Origin: an uncultured Acidobacteriaceae bacterium | Lineage (GTDB): Bacteria; Acidobacteriota; Terriglobia; Terriglobales; Acidobacteriaceae | DNA: 64,000 nucleotides | Direction: 5' to 3' | NCBI GenBank assembly: GCA_963780515.1 | Contig: CAWACG010000006.1 | Coordinates: forward strand, 8,054-72,053 | Shown here: one piece after another, positions 10,381 through 19,193 of the stretch | How the letters are laid out: each line of letters begins with the position of its first letter | Position numbering within the stretch: the first letter of the stretch is position 1 | Notes under the pieces: generated by a model | What the model was told of the DNA's origin: nothing | The model's database searches: none | The model's input: only the letters and a program-made list of their open reading frames with translations | Made by a program: the position numbers and the translations under genes

Positions 10381-10459
10381 GATCACTTCTCCCGCGGTTC
10401 ATTCTTACCCTTGACCGCACTCTGTATGGACGGTGCGAGGTCCTGAAGGGTAGGCATTC

Positions 10460-11434
10460 TTATTGAATCTCTGGCGCCCGGCTCAGTACTTGCCGGGACA
10501 CGTATCGTATCTGGGGGTTTTGGTCAGAGTTTGCAACCGTCGACAGCACCTGGCGCACGCTGGTGTCGGCCTCAACCGGCTCCAGAATACTGATGGCCTC
10601 TGTGCGGATGCGAGGGTCGCCGTCGTTCAGCAGCGCCTCTAGCACTGCATCGCGGACCCGCATATCTTCAGAGACGTAGGGCTCCAGGCCCTTCAGCGCC
10701 TTGTCGCGCACGCCTTCATTCTTGTCGTAGCGCAGCGCCTCCATCAGCGCGTCGCGGATTCCCGCCGCATTGCAACTGTGTCCGGCGCGGCACTCAGCCG
10801 CCAGCAGGCCCACTGAATCGTCGCGGACGCCGGCAGAGGCCGCGTCCTCTGAGGCCATCATCAGCAACTGGCGAATTGCCGGGTCATCCAGCGAACCCTG
10901 AATATGCTGCGGCACCACCTGGTTGTAGCGAACCTCGACCACATCGCTGTTGGGTTGCTGCACGATGCTGGAGATGCTCGCCACATCTCCCGGTACAACC
11001 GCCGCTTTCGTCGGCACACTGGCCGTCTGCGGAGCTTTGGCTGCGGCGTGGGCCGCGCGAGCCTGTGCATACTCAAATCCGCCCAGGGTGCCTGCTCCCG
11101 ATCCGACCACCAACAGCAGAACAACCGCAACCGGCGCCGCCTGCAGACTGGCAACGTTGTTCAGGAAGAGGGAGCTCACGCGCTCATACCAGCGTTTGGG
11201 TGGCAGCGCATCCAGCACTTCTTCAAGACGCAACCGGGAACGCGCCACCAGGTTGGCATCAGGTTCAACAACCGGGTGCAGAGCGGCCAGCGTTCTCAGC
11301 GCAAGCAGTTGTTCGCGCTCTTCGCGGCACTCCGCGCAGACGGTCAGATGCCGGTCAAGCTCGTGGGTCTGCTCATCGGGCAGCTCCCCATACGCCGCCA
11401 GCACGATTCTCTCGTGTGCAAGTTCGCAATTCAT
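10460..11434 (-). CDS. zf-HC2 anti-sigma factor with TM helix and HEAT-repeat domain
   Basis: MNC...HLTVCAEC (ZAS motif), one TM helix, and HEAT-like repeats (NEGVRDKAL, DPRIRTEAI, NPQIR). Confidence 0.85.
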   Translation of the reverse strand: MNCELAHERIVLAAYGELPDEQTHELDRHLTVCAECREEREQLLALRTLAALHPVVEPDANLVARSRLRLEEVLDALPPKRWYERVSSLFLNNVASLQAAPVAVVLLLVVGSGAGTLGGFEYAQARAAHAAAKAPQTASVPTKAAVVPGDVASISSIVQQPNSDVVEVRYNQVVPQHIQGSLDDPAIRQLLMMASEDAASAGVRDDSVGLLAAECRAGHSCNAAGIRDALMEALRYDKNEGVRDKALKGLEPYVSEDMRVRDAVLEALLNDGDPRIRTEAISILEPVEADTSVRQVLSTVANSDQNPQIRYVSRQVLSRAPEIQ

Positions 11435-11515
11435 TTCTCTACGTCCTTCCAGCCTCAATCAATGCTGCAATTCGCGTCGTAAAAAGTCCTGCGCCACATG
11501 TGCGCAGGAGACGCT

Positions 11516-12244
11516 TTACCGCAATCCCGCCAGTTGTGTTCTCAACTTCTTTGTCGCCCTGAAGAGCGTATTCTTGGCGGTTTCTTCCGTGGTGTTCAAC
11601 ATCTCTCCGATGGTGCGCAGGCGGAGACCCTGGTAATGCTTCAACTCAAAAACCATGCGTTCGCGCGGGGTCAGCTTGCCCAGCGCCAGTTGAATCCTTT
11701 CACCCAGCAGCTTGCGATCCAGCTCCTTGGCCGGGTTTGAAAATGACCGGTTGTCAGAGACCGAAGCCAGCAGATCGACCTCGTCGCCGGAGTGGTCCAC
11801 ATGGACCGCCTGGTCTTCGCGGCGGGTCTTGCGCCGGCGCAGCTGGTCCAGGCAAAGGTTGGTCACGATCCGGTAAATCCAGGTATAAAACGAGCACTCG
11901 AAGCGGAAGTTTCCGATATACCGGAAGGCCTTGAGAAATGCTTCCTGGTAGATGTCTTCGGCGTCGTGCTCAGAGCCGGTCAGGTGCAGCGCCAGGCGCA
12001 AAACCTGCTGCTCATACTGGCGCACCAGGGCGTCAAACGCTACGCGCGAACCCGCCTGCGCCTCGCGAATCAGTTCCATCTCCGGCGCGCGGGCCTGCAG
12101 GCGCTCCTGCGCTCGATTAGGTCCGTCCATTGCCCTCGATGCAGCCATCCCTGGGGAGGATTGTACCCTCCTTGCGGCTGGCCACGCCAAGGATGCCGGG
12201 ATTCCAGCAGGGGATTTGGGGTAGCTCGCAGCTTCGGTTGCCAT
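11516..12244 (-). CDS. ECF RNA polymerase sigma factor
   Basis: DAEDIYQEAFLKA, FYTWIYRIVTNLCLDQLRR and region 4 HTH (LTPRERMVF...TAKNTLFRA). Confidence 0.92.
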   Translation of the reverse strand: MATEAASYPKSPAGIPASLAWPAARRVQSSPGMAASRAMDGPNRAQERLQARAPEMELIREAQAGSRVAFDALVRQYEQQVLRLALHLTGSEHDAEDIYQEAFLKAFRYIGNFRFECSFYTWIYRIVTNLCLDQLRRRKTRREDQAVHVDHSGDEVDLLASVSDNRSFSNPAKELDRKLLGERIQLALGKLTPRERMVFELKHYQGLRLRTIGEMLNTTEETAKNTLFRATKKLRTQLAGLR

Positions 12245-12357
12245 CGAAATCTCCGCTCCGGATGAGAGAACTGATCGCACTCAAGTAGACGCTGCCGAAG
12301 GGGCTTGGTGAGCGGGAGAGTGCCGCAGAACTGCCCCGCCCGGTACACTGGTAACCG

Positions 12358-12987
12358 ATGAACGAGACTCTCTTTTCAGGCCTTGACTCCGCTGCCACCA
12401 ACGCCCAGGGATGGCACACTGCCCACTGCGACGGCGGTTCCCGTGGCAATCCCGGCCCGGCCGGTTACGGCGCGGTCATCGAGGACCCCCAAGGCCGCGT
12501 CGTCGCCCGCCTCAGCGAATACCTCGGCCGCCAGACCAACAACTACGCCGAATATCAGGCCCTTCTGGGGGTCCTGGCCTGGGCTCTGGAACACGGTGCG
12601 CCGCGCCTGCGCGTGGTTTCGGACTCTGAATTGATGGTCAACCAGATGAAAGGCCGCTACAAGGTGGCCAGCCCCGGTCTGCGCCCCCTCTGGGAAGAAG
12701 CCACGCGCCGCGCCGCCCGCCTGGAGCGCTTTGAGATGCGCCACACTCTCCGCGGAGGCAACCAGGAAGCCGACCGCCTGGCCAACGAAGCCATGGACAA
12801 AGGAACCGGCAAAGCCGCCAGTCCAGCAGCGGGAAACCGAGCGGCGAGTGAGAATGTCCAACCCCGGCAGGCCGCCCAATCCAAGCCCAAAACCCAGATT
12901 TTAGATGGCTTCGTGAAAAACGGCGTGGTTCACTTGCTCGAAGGTGAACTGCCCGACGGCATCTTCGTCAAGATCGTCCGGGAGTAG
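12358..12987 (+). CDS. rnhA: ribonuclease HI with C-terminal extension
   Basis: DGGSRGNPGPAG, TNNYAEY, SDSELMV and NQEADRLAN motifs. Confidence 0.9.
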   Translation: MNETLFSGLDSAATNAQGWHTAHCDGGSRGNPGPAGYGAVIEDPQGRVVARLSEYLGRQTNNYAEYQALLGVLAWALEHGAPRLRVVSDSELMVNQMKGRYKVASPGLRPLWEEATRRAARLERFEMRHTLRGGNQEADRLANEAMDKGTGKAASPAAGNRAASENVQPRQAAQSKPKTQILDGFVKNGVVHLLEGELPDGIFVKIVRE

Positions 12988-13003
12988 CTCTCTCGCTGGT
13001 GTC

Positions 13004-14566
13004 TCAATCCTTCTTCCCCAAATTGTTCCGCCACACGTGCCCACCGCGTTCCAGCAGCCGGTCCGAGCAGTCCGGGCCCCAGGTGCCCGCAAAGTAGTTG
13101 GGAAAGACCTCAGGCTTCTTTGATGCCCACGCCTGCAGAATCGGCGTATAGAGCGCCCAGGTCGTTTCCACACCGTCGCGATGCGCAAACAACGTCGGGT
13201 CGCCCAGCATCGCGTCCAGCAGCAGCCGCTCGTAGCCGTTGGCGCTCGATGTGCCAAAGGCTGCAGAGTAGTCGAAGTCCATGTTCACCGGACACACAGA
13301 CATATTTGGCGTGTTCGGCACCTTGGCGCCGAAGCGCAGCGCAATTCCCTCATCCGGCTGGATGCGGATAGTCAGCAGGTTCGGCTGGATCTCCTGGCAC
13401 GGCCCGCTGGTCTGCATGCGATTGAAGATCAGCAGCGGCGGCTGTTTGAATTGGATGCTGATCTCCGTCGCACGCCGCTTCATCCGCTTGCCCGCGCGCA
13501 GGTAGAACGGCACCCCCGCCCAACGCCAGTTTTCAATCCCTAAACGCACCGCCGCGTAAGTCTCGGTGCCCGACTCGGGATTGACCCGCTCCTCGTCGCG
13601 ATACCCGACCACCTTTTGCCCTTCCACCACGCCCGGCCCATATTGCCCGCGCACCGCATCCAAAATCGGCACCGGCGGAATCGCCCGCCACACTTTCACC
13701 TTTTCGCGGCGGACCGCCTCCGCATCGAAGCTCGACGGTGGCTCCATCGCGACAAAACTCAGCAGCTCCATCACGTGGTTTTGAATCACATCGCGCAGCG
13801 CGCCGGCCTTCTCGTAGAACGGTCCGCGGCCCTCCACGCCCAGCGTTTCCGCCGCCGTAATCTGCACATGATCGATGTAATTGCGGTTCCAGATGGGCTC
13901 GAAGATGCCGTTGGCAAAGCGAAACACCAAAATGTTCTGGACCGTCTCTTTTCCCAGGTAGTGGTCGATGCGGAACACCTGGTTCTCGTGGAAGACGGCA
14001 TTCACTTTGTGATTCAGTTCGCGCGCCGAGTCCAGGTCGTGGCCGAAGGGCTTCTCGATCACCACGCCCACCTGCCCCTGTTCCGGCTGCGCCATGCCCT
14101 GTGCGCCCAGGTTCTCCACGATGTCTGCAAAGTACTCCGGCGCTGTGGCGAGGTAAAACAGCCGGTCGCCGCCGATGCCTTTCTCTTTGGCGATGCGGTC
14201 TAACTCGTTCTTCAATCCGGCATAATGCGCGGGATCATCGAAGTTCAGCGCATAGTAGCTGATGTTGTTCACGAAATCATTCAGCTTTGGATCGTTGGTG
14301 TCCGCTCCGCCAAAATCGACAATGCCCTCGCGCATATCCGCCGCAAACTCATCGCCCAGCGGCCGACGCGCCACGCCCACGATGGCAAATTGCTTCGGAA
14401 GCAGGCCGTTTTGCTCCAGGTGAAACAGCGCGGGCAACAGCTTGCGTTTGGTCAAGTCGCCGGAGGCGCCAAAAATCACCATGATCCCCGGATTGGGAAT
14501 CCGCTCGCCACCATGAGAAATCTGGGAAAGATCCTCAGGACTCACTTTCATCTGCACCGTCGCCAT
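13004..14566 (-). CDS. zwf: glucose-6-phosphate 1-dehydrogenase
   Basis: GASGDL, EKPFG and RIDHYLGKE motifs; GGAGG SD. Confidence 0.97.
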   Translation of the reverse strand: MATVQMKVSPEDLSQISHGGERIPNPGIMVIFGASGDLTKRKLLPALFHLEQNGLLPKQFAIVGVARRPLGDEFAADMREGIVDFGGADTNDPKLNDFVNNISYYALNFDDPAHYAGLKNELDRIAKEKGIGGDRLFYLATAPEYFADIVENLGAQGMAQPEQGQVGVVIEKPFGHDLDSARELNHKVNAVFHENQVFRIDHYLGKETVQNILVFRFANGIFEPIWNRNYIDHVQITAAETLGVEGRGPFYEKAGALRDVIQNHVMELLSFVAMEPPSSFDAEAVRREKVKVWRAIPPVPILDAVRGQYGPGVVEGQKVVGYRDEERVNPESGTETYAAVRLGIENWRWAGVPFYLRAGKRMKRRATEISIQFKQPPLLIFNRMQTSGPCQEIQPNLLTIRIQPDEGIALRFGAKVPNTPNMSVCPVNMDFDYSAAFGTSSANGYERLLLDAMLGDPTLFAHRDGVETTWALYTPILQAWASKKPEVFPNYFAGTWGPDCSDRLLERGGHVWRNNLGKKD

Positions 14567-14603
14567 AACTTATTCCACCTCCTTGGGGAGTAGCGCTCTG
14601 ATC

Positions 14604-14862
14604 AAGTGAAATAGTGAAGAAGTGAAAAGGTGAATAGGTAACAGAGTGAATGAGTAACTGTGTGAAAAAGTGAACAGTACCCTGAACGTTGCCTTCCCTG
14701 AAAAACTGCCATCGTGCTTTGATCCCGCAAAATGCTTCCAGCCGCAAACCAGTCTCTCTTCACTCCCTCACTTCTTCACTGTTGCACCTGTTCACTGATT
14801 CACTTTTTCACTTTTTCACTTCTTCACCCTTTCACTTCTTCACTTTTCACTTCTTCACTGTT
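14604..14862. repeat. inverted pair of 8-bp tandem arrays (GTGAA units x9, spacer, TTCAC units x13)
   Basis: GTGAA/GTAAC at 14606, 14614 ... 14670 (period 8). CAC at 14761 ... 14841, 14848, 14856 (period 8, one 7). Confidence 0.9.
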
Positions 14863-14864
14863 TC

Positions 14865-15770
14865 TCAGTCCTTCTTGACCGCATGTCCGCCAAACGCATT
14901 GCGCATAATCGACAACATCCTGTCGGTAAAGTTGTTCTCCTCGCGCGACCTGATACGTCGAATCAGCGACTCCGTAATCACGGGCGCAGAAACATTCAGG
15001 TCGATGGCCTCGAACACCGTCCAGCGGCCTTCGCCCGAGTCAGCCACATAGGCCTCCAGCCCGCTCAGCGTGGGATTCTTCGACAGCGCATCGGCAGTCA
15101 AATCAAGCAGCCAGCTACGCACCACGCTGCCGTAGCGCCAGATCTCCGCAATCTGCGGAAGGTTCAGGTCCATCTCCTCTTTCTTTTCGAGGATCGTGAA
15201 GCCCTCTGCATAGGCCTGCATCAGTCCGTACTCGATGCCGTTGTGAACCATCTTCACAAAGTGGCCCGCGCCCGCCGGACCCACGTGTCCCCAGCCCTTT
15301 TCGGCCGCCGGCGCCAGCGTTTCCAGAATCGGCCGCAGGTACTCGACAGGCTCCTTGTCGCCGCCCACCATCATGCTGTAGCCCTCTTTCAAGCCCCACA
15401 CGCCGCCCGATGTGCCCACGTCCACAAACTGGAAGCCCTTGGCGGTTACTTCCTTGTAGTGACGCTGCGAATCCTTGTAATTCGAGTTACCGCCGTCGAT
15501 CAATATGTCGCCAGGGTTCAGCAGCGGCTCGAGTTTGGCAATGGTGTCGTCCACAGGCTTGCCCTGCGGCACCATGATCCAGATCGCCTTGCGGCCTTTC
15601 AAGTTTTTGGCGAGATCGTCGAGCGTCGAAACGCCCACATTGCCGGCCGCCGTCAGTTTTGCCACGGCCTCCGCGCTGAAGTCGAAGCCCACCACTTGGT
15701 GGCCGCCCAAACGCAGCCGCTCCGCCATGTTGCCGCCCATCTTGCCCAGGCCAATCAATCCCAGTTGCAT
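14865..15770 (-). CDS. gnd: 6-phosphogluconate dehydrogenase, decarboxylating (short form)
   Basis: GLGKMG, IDGGNS, DVGTSGG, HFVKMVHNGIEYG and DSGEGRW motifs. Confidence 0.95.
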   Translation of the reverse strand: MQLGLIGLGKMGGNMAERLRLGGHQVVGFDFSAEAVAKLTAAGNVGVSTLDDLAKNLKGRKAIWIMVPQGKPVDDTIAKLEPLLNPGDILIDGGNSNYKDSQRHYKEVTAKGFQFVDVGTSGGVWGLKEGYSMMVGGDKEPVEYLRPILETLAPAAEKGWGHVGPAGAGHFVKMVHNGIEYGLMQAYAEGFTILEKKEEMDLNLPQIAEIWRYGSVVRSWLLDLTADALSKNPTLSGLEAYVADSGEGRWTVFEAIDLNVSAPVITESLIRRIRSREENNFTDRMLSIMRNAFGGHAVKKD

Positions 15771-15791
15771 ATCGCTCTCCCTTCAAATTCC

Positions 15792-16403
15792 TTAAAGAAC
15801 TCCCAAGGTCTCCAATTCGCGCAACAAAGCGGTTGCGCCTTCAAAACGAATCGTCATCATCCCCGCTGACGCTGCGCCCGCCACATTCTCCGCGCGGTCG
15901 TCGATAAACAAGATACGCTCCGCAGGTTTGCCCAGAATGTCCAGGACGCGCCGATAGATGGCCGGCTCCGGTTTGCGCAGCCCCACGTAGCAGGAGCTGA
16001 AGGCAAACTCAAAGCAGTCGCGCAGGCCAAAGCGGTCGAAGCGGTAGTCGTTGGGTTCGCGCGCTTCGTTGTTGAGCGCTCCCAAGGGACACTTATCTGA
16101 TGCAGCAAGTTCCTTCAGGATGCCCAGTCCACCATCCGGCAGCGGCTTTGACTGAGCGCATATCGCGGCAAAGAACTCATCATGCGAAAAGTTGCGCGGC
16201 TCATAGAAAACAGTTGCGTCCATGTAAGCCTTCGCATCAATCGCATCCCGCTCCCAATCGTCATAAGGCGCCGCGTGGCGCGCTTCAAACTCCGCCTTAT
16301 CCAGGTGAAACTGGTCCAGCACCACCGAACGTTCGCAGTGGTCCCAGCCGTTGGTCAGCAGGACTCCGCCTACGTCAAAGAGAATTACGTCGAAGGGGAA
16401 CAT
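15792..16403 (-). CDS. HAD-family phosphatase
   Basis: FDVGGV motif I, RKPEP and FIDD motif IV. Confidence 0.9.
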   Translation of the reverse strand: MFPFDVILFDVGGVLLTNGWDHCERSVVLDQFHLDKAEFEARHAAPYDDWERDAIDAKAYMDATVFYEPRNFSHDEFFAAICAQSKPLPDGGLGILKELAASDKCPLGALNNEAREPNDYRFDRFGLRDCFEFAFSSCYVGLRKPEPAIYRRVLDILGKPAERILFIDDRAENVAGAASAGMMTIRFEGATALLRELETLGVL

Positions 16404-16407
16404 CGGC

Positions 16408-16477
16408 TGTCATCCTTTGCCAGCAGTGCGAGTCGAAAGCTTGTCCTGAGCGAAGCCGAAGGGGACTTGCGGTTGCT
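16408..16477. repeat. REP-like element, TGTCATCC...GAAGG-ACTTGCGGTT class
   Basis: Similar to the copies at 43411 and 43521-43572. Confidence 0.55.
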
Positions 16478-16532
16478 CGTATTTCGTTTCAAACCTGTTG
16501 CGCTGAAGCGAAGCTCCTGAATCGGCAAAATC

Positions 16533-17021
16533 CTACGCCTTGTTCGCCGATCCATCTCCGCATTGATACTTGGCTTCGATTGCTAGAACTTTCTTGAAAC
16601 GCCGGGTAAACCGCTCTTCATTGGAGATGAATTTGGCTTTGATGAATGCATCCACAAGCTCGTACGCAAGCGAAGTGCCGATAATGCGTGCGCCGAGCAC
16701 GATGACATTCATGTCATCGTGTTCCACACCCTGATGTGCCGAATAGGTATCGTGGCACATGGCCGCGCGGATGCCCGGAATCTTGTTTGCCGCCACCGAC
16801 ACGCCCACCCCCGAACCGCAAATCAGAACTCCCCTTGGCGCTTCGCCTCGCACGATGGCTTCGCCAACCCTTTCCGCAAAATCCGGGTAATCATCCTCGG
16901 CCTCGTACTTGAATGCGCCCAGGTCCACAACCTCATGCCCAGCCTTGGTCAGATACGCGCGCACTTCTTCCTTCAGAGAAAAGCCTGCATGATCGGAAGC
17001 AATAACGAGTTTCAATGGCAA
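16533..17021 (-). CDS. rpiB: ribose-5-phosphate isomerase B
   Basis: SDHAG, DYPD, ICGSGVG, ANKIPGIRAA and HDDMN motifs. Confidence 0.95.
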   Translation of the reverse strand: MPLKLVIASDHAGFSLKEEVRAYLTKAGHEVVDLGAFKYEAEDDYPDFAERVGEAIVRGEAPRGVLICGSGVGVSVAANKIPGIRAAMCHDTYSAHQGVEHDDMNVIVLGARIIGTSLAYELVDAFIKAKFISNEERFTRRFKKVLAIEAKYQCGDGSANKA

Positions 17022-17114
17022 TCCTTTCGAGTGACAGCGGAGCTCGCGGGATTCGTGTCTGTCCGGCTAACTCCGCTCTCTCGCGCGCAGTGCGGCCAAC
17101 TCCGCGAACTCAGC

Positions 17115-19115
17115 TTACTTCTTCGCCAACGCCTTCGCCCTTGCCGCTACATTCTCCGCGGTAAAGCCCAGCTCTGCCAACACCTTTGGACCCGGCGCCG
17201 AAGCTCCAAAGCGATCCAGGCCAATCACGTCACCCTCCTGGCCCACGTACTTCCACCAACCCAGCGTAGCTCCCGCCTCGACTGCCAGTTTCGGCACGCC
17301 CCCCGGCAACACGCTGGCCTTGTACTCGGCAGTCTGCTCTTCAAAAATCTTCCAGCTTGGGAAACTAACCACCCGCGCCGCAATCCCCTCCGCCGCAAGC
17401 AACTTTGCTGCCTCAACCGCGGGCCACACTTCTGACCCGGTGCCAATCAACACCACTTGCGGATTCGCGGCATCCACCAGTACATACGCGCCCTTGCTCA
17501 CGTCGCCATACACATCATGCGTGGCTGCATCAATCACCGGAAGATCCTGCCGCGTGAGTGCCATGAAGCTCGGCCCCGTGCGTTCCAGCGCCAGCCGCCA
17601 AACCGCGGCGGTCTCGTTCGCATCGGCGGGCCGGAAATCCGTCAGTCCCGGAACCGCGCGCAGCATCATCAGTTGCTCAATCGGCTGATGTGTCGGCCCG
17701 TCTTCTCCCAACGCAATCGAATCGTGCGTAAAGATGAACAGCGAATGTGTTTGCATCAGCGCCGCAAGGCGCACAGCCGGCTTCGCGTAGTCAACGAAAC
17801 AGAAAAACGTCGAGCCGAATGGAACCAGCCCGCCGTGTGCGGCCATCCCATTCACCGCCGCGCTCATGCCGAACTCGCGCACGCCAAAGAACACGTTCCG
17901 CCCCGCGGGATCAACGTGGAAGCTCACGCCCGGCTTGAAGATCGTCTTGGTCGATGCGGTCAGGTCGGCCGCGCCGCCAAATAGCTCCGGCACCACATCG
18001 GCAATCGCATTCAGAATTGCGCCGCCCGCGTTGCGCGTCGCCATTGGCTTGTTCGCCGCGAAGCTCGGAATCGCCTTCTCCCAACCCGCCTTGCGCACGC
18101 CCTTTTGCGTGCGCTCAAATTCCGCAGCCAGCTCAGGAAACGCCGCCGCATACCCCGCGAAGAGTTTCTTCCACTCCGCCTCCAGCGCCGCGCCGCGGTC
18201 AACCGCCTTGCGCCAGTTGGCCAGCGCATCGGCGGGCACATAAAAGTTCTGGTCCTCGGGGAAACCGAAAAACTTCTTCGTCGCAGCCGTATCCGCCGCG
18301 CCCAGCGCCTCGCCATGCACTTTGTTGGTGCCCGCCCTGGGGCTGCCATAGCCAATGACCGTGCGGACAGCGATGAAGGATGGCTTGCTGGTCTCTGCCT
18401 TGGCCGCGTCGATTGCCGCCTCGATGGCCGCCAGGTCGTTGCCGTCGTCCACGATCTGCACGTGCCAGTGGTAGGCCTCAAACCGCTTCAAATAGTCGTC
18501 GGTATAGCTCAGCGAAGTCGGTCCGTCGAGCGAGATCAGATTGTCGTCGTAGATAAATGTCAACTTGCCCAAGCCGAGCATCCCGGCCAGCGCGGCGGCC
18601 TCGTGCGAGACGCCTTCCATCAGGTCGCCGTCGCCACAAAGTGAATACGTATGATGATTGACCACCTCGAAGCCCGGCCGATTGTAGATGGCAGCCAGAT
18701 GCTTTTCGGCCATGGCCATGCCGACGGCCATCGCAATGCCTTGCCCCAGTGGCCCAGTAGTCACCTCGACGCCGTCTGTGTCGCCGTATTCGGGATGCCC
18801 CGGCGTCCGCGAGTGCCACTGCCGAAAGCTCTTCAAGTCGTCCAGCGTCACCTTGTAGCCGGAAAGAAACAGCGAGCTATACAACAGCGCCGAAGCGTGC
18901 CCGTTCGAAAGCACAAACCTATCGCGATCGGCCCACTTCGAGTGCACCGGATTGTGCTTCATCAGCTTGTGAAACAGAAGGTAGGCGATCGGCGCGCAGC
19001 CCAGCGGTGCGCCGGGATGGCCGCTATTTGCCTTCTCCACTGCATCCACGGCAAGCAGCCGCAATGTGTCAATCGAGAGTTCGTCGAGAGAGAGATCTGC
19101 GAGACTGGCAGTCAT
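17115..19115 (-). CDS. tkt: transketolase
   Basis: [36 protein letters not shown] and GEDGPTHQP motifs. Confidence 0.97.
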   Translation of the reverse strand: MTASLADLSLDELSIDTLRLLAVDAVEKANSGHPGAPLGCAPIAYLLFHKLMKHNPVHSKWADRDRFVLSNGHASALLYSSLFLSGYKVTLDDLKSFRQWHSRTPGHPEYGDTDGVEVTTGPLGQGIAMAVGMAMAEKHLAAIYNRPGFEVVNHHTYSLCGDGDLMEGVSHEAAALAGMLGLGKLTFIYDDNLISLDGPTSLSYTDDYLKRFEAYHWHVQIVDDGNDLAAIEAAIDAAKAETSKPSFIAVRTVIGYGSPRAGTNKVHGEALGAADTAATKKFFGFPEDQNFYVPADALANWRKAVDRGAALEAEWKKLFAGYAAAFPELAAEFERTQKGVRKAGWEKAIPSFAANKPMATRNAGGAILNAIADVVPELFGGAADLTASTKTIFKPGVSFHVDPAGRNVFFGVREFGMSAAVNGMAAHGGLVPFGSTFFCFVDYAKPAVRLAALMQTHSLFIFTHDSIALGEDGPTHQPIEQLMMLRAVPGLTDFRPADANETAAVWRLALERTGPSFMALTRQDLPVIDAATHDVYGDVSKGAYVLVDAANPQVVLIGTGSEVWPAVEAAKLLAAEGIAARVVSFPSWKIFEEQTAEYKASVLPGGVPKLAVEAGATLGWWKYVGQEGDVIGLDRFGASAPGPKVLAELGFTAENVAARAKALAKK

Positions 19116-19193
19116 GCTTTTAATTGATTCCTTTCGTTGGCGGGAGCGTAACCGGGCTAGCTCGGCTGAATCGTTGTGCCCTGTACCGACACG

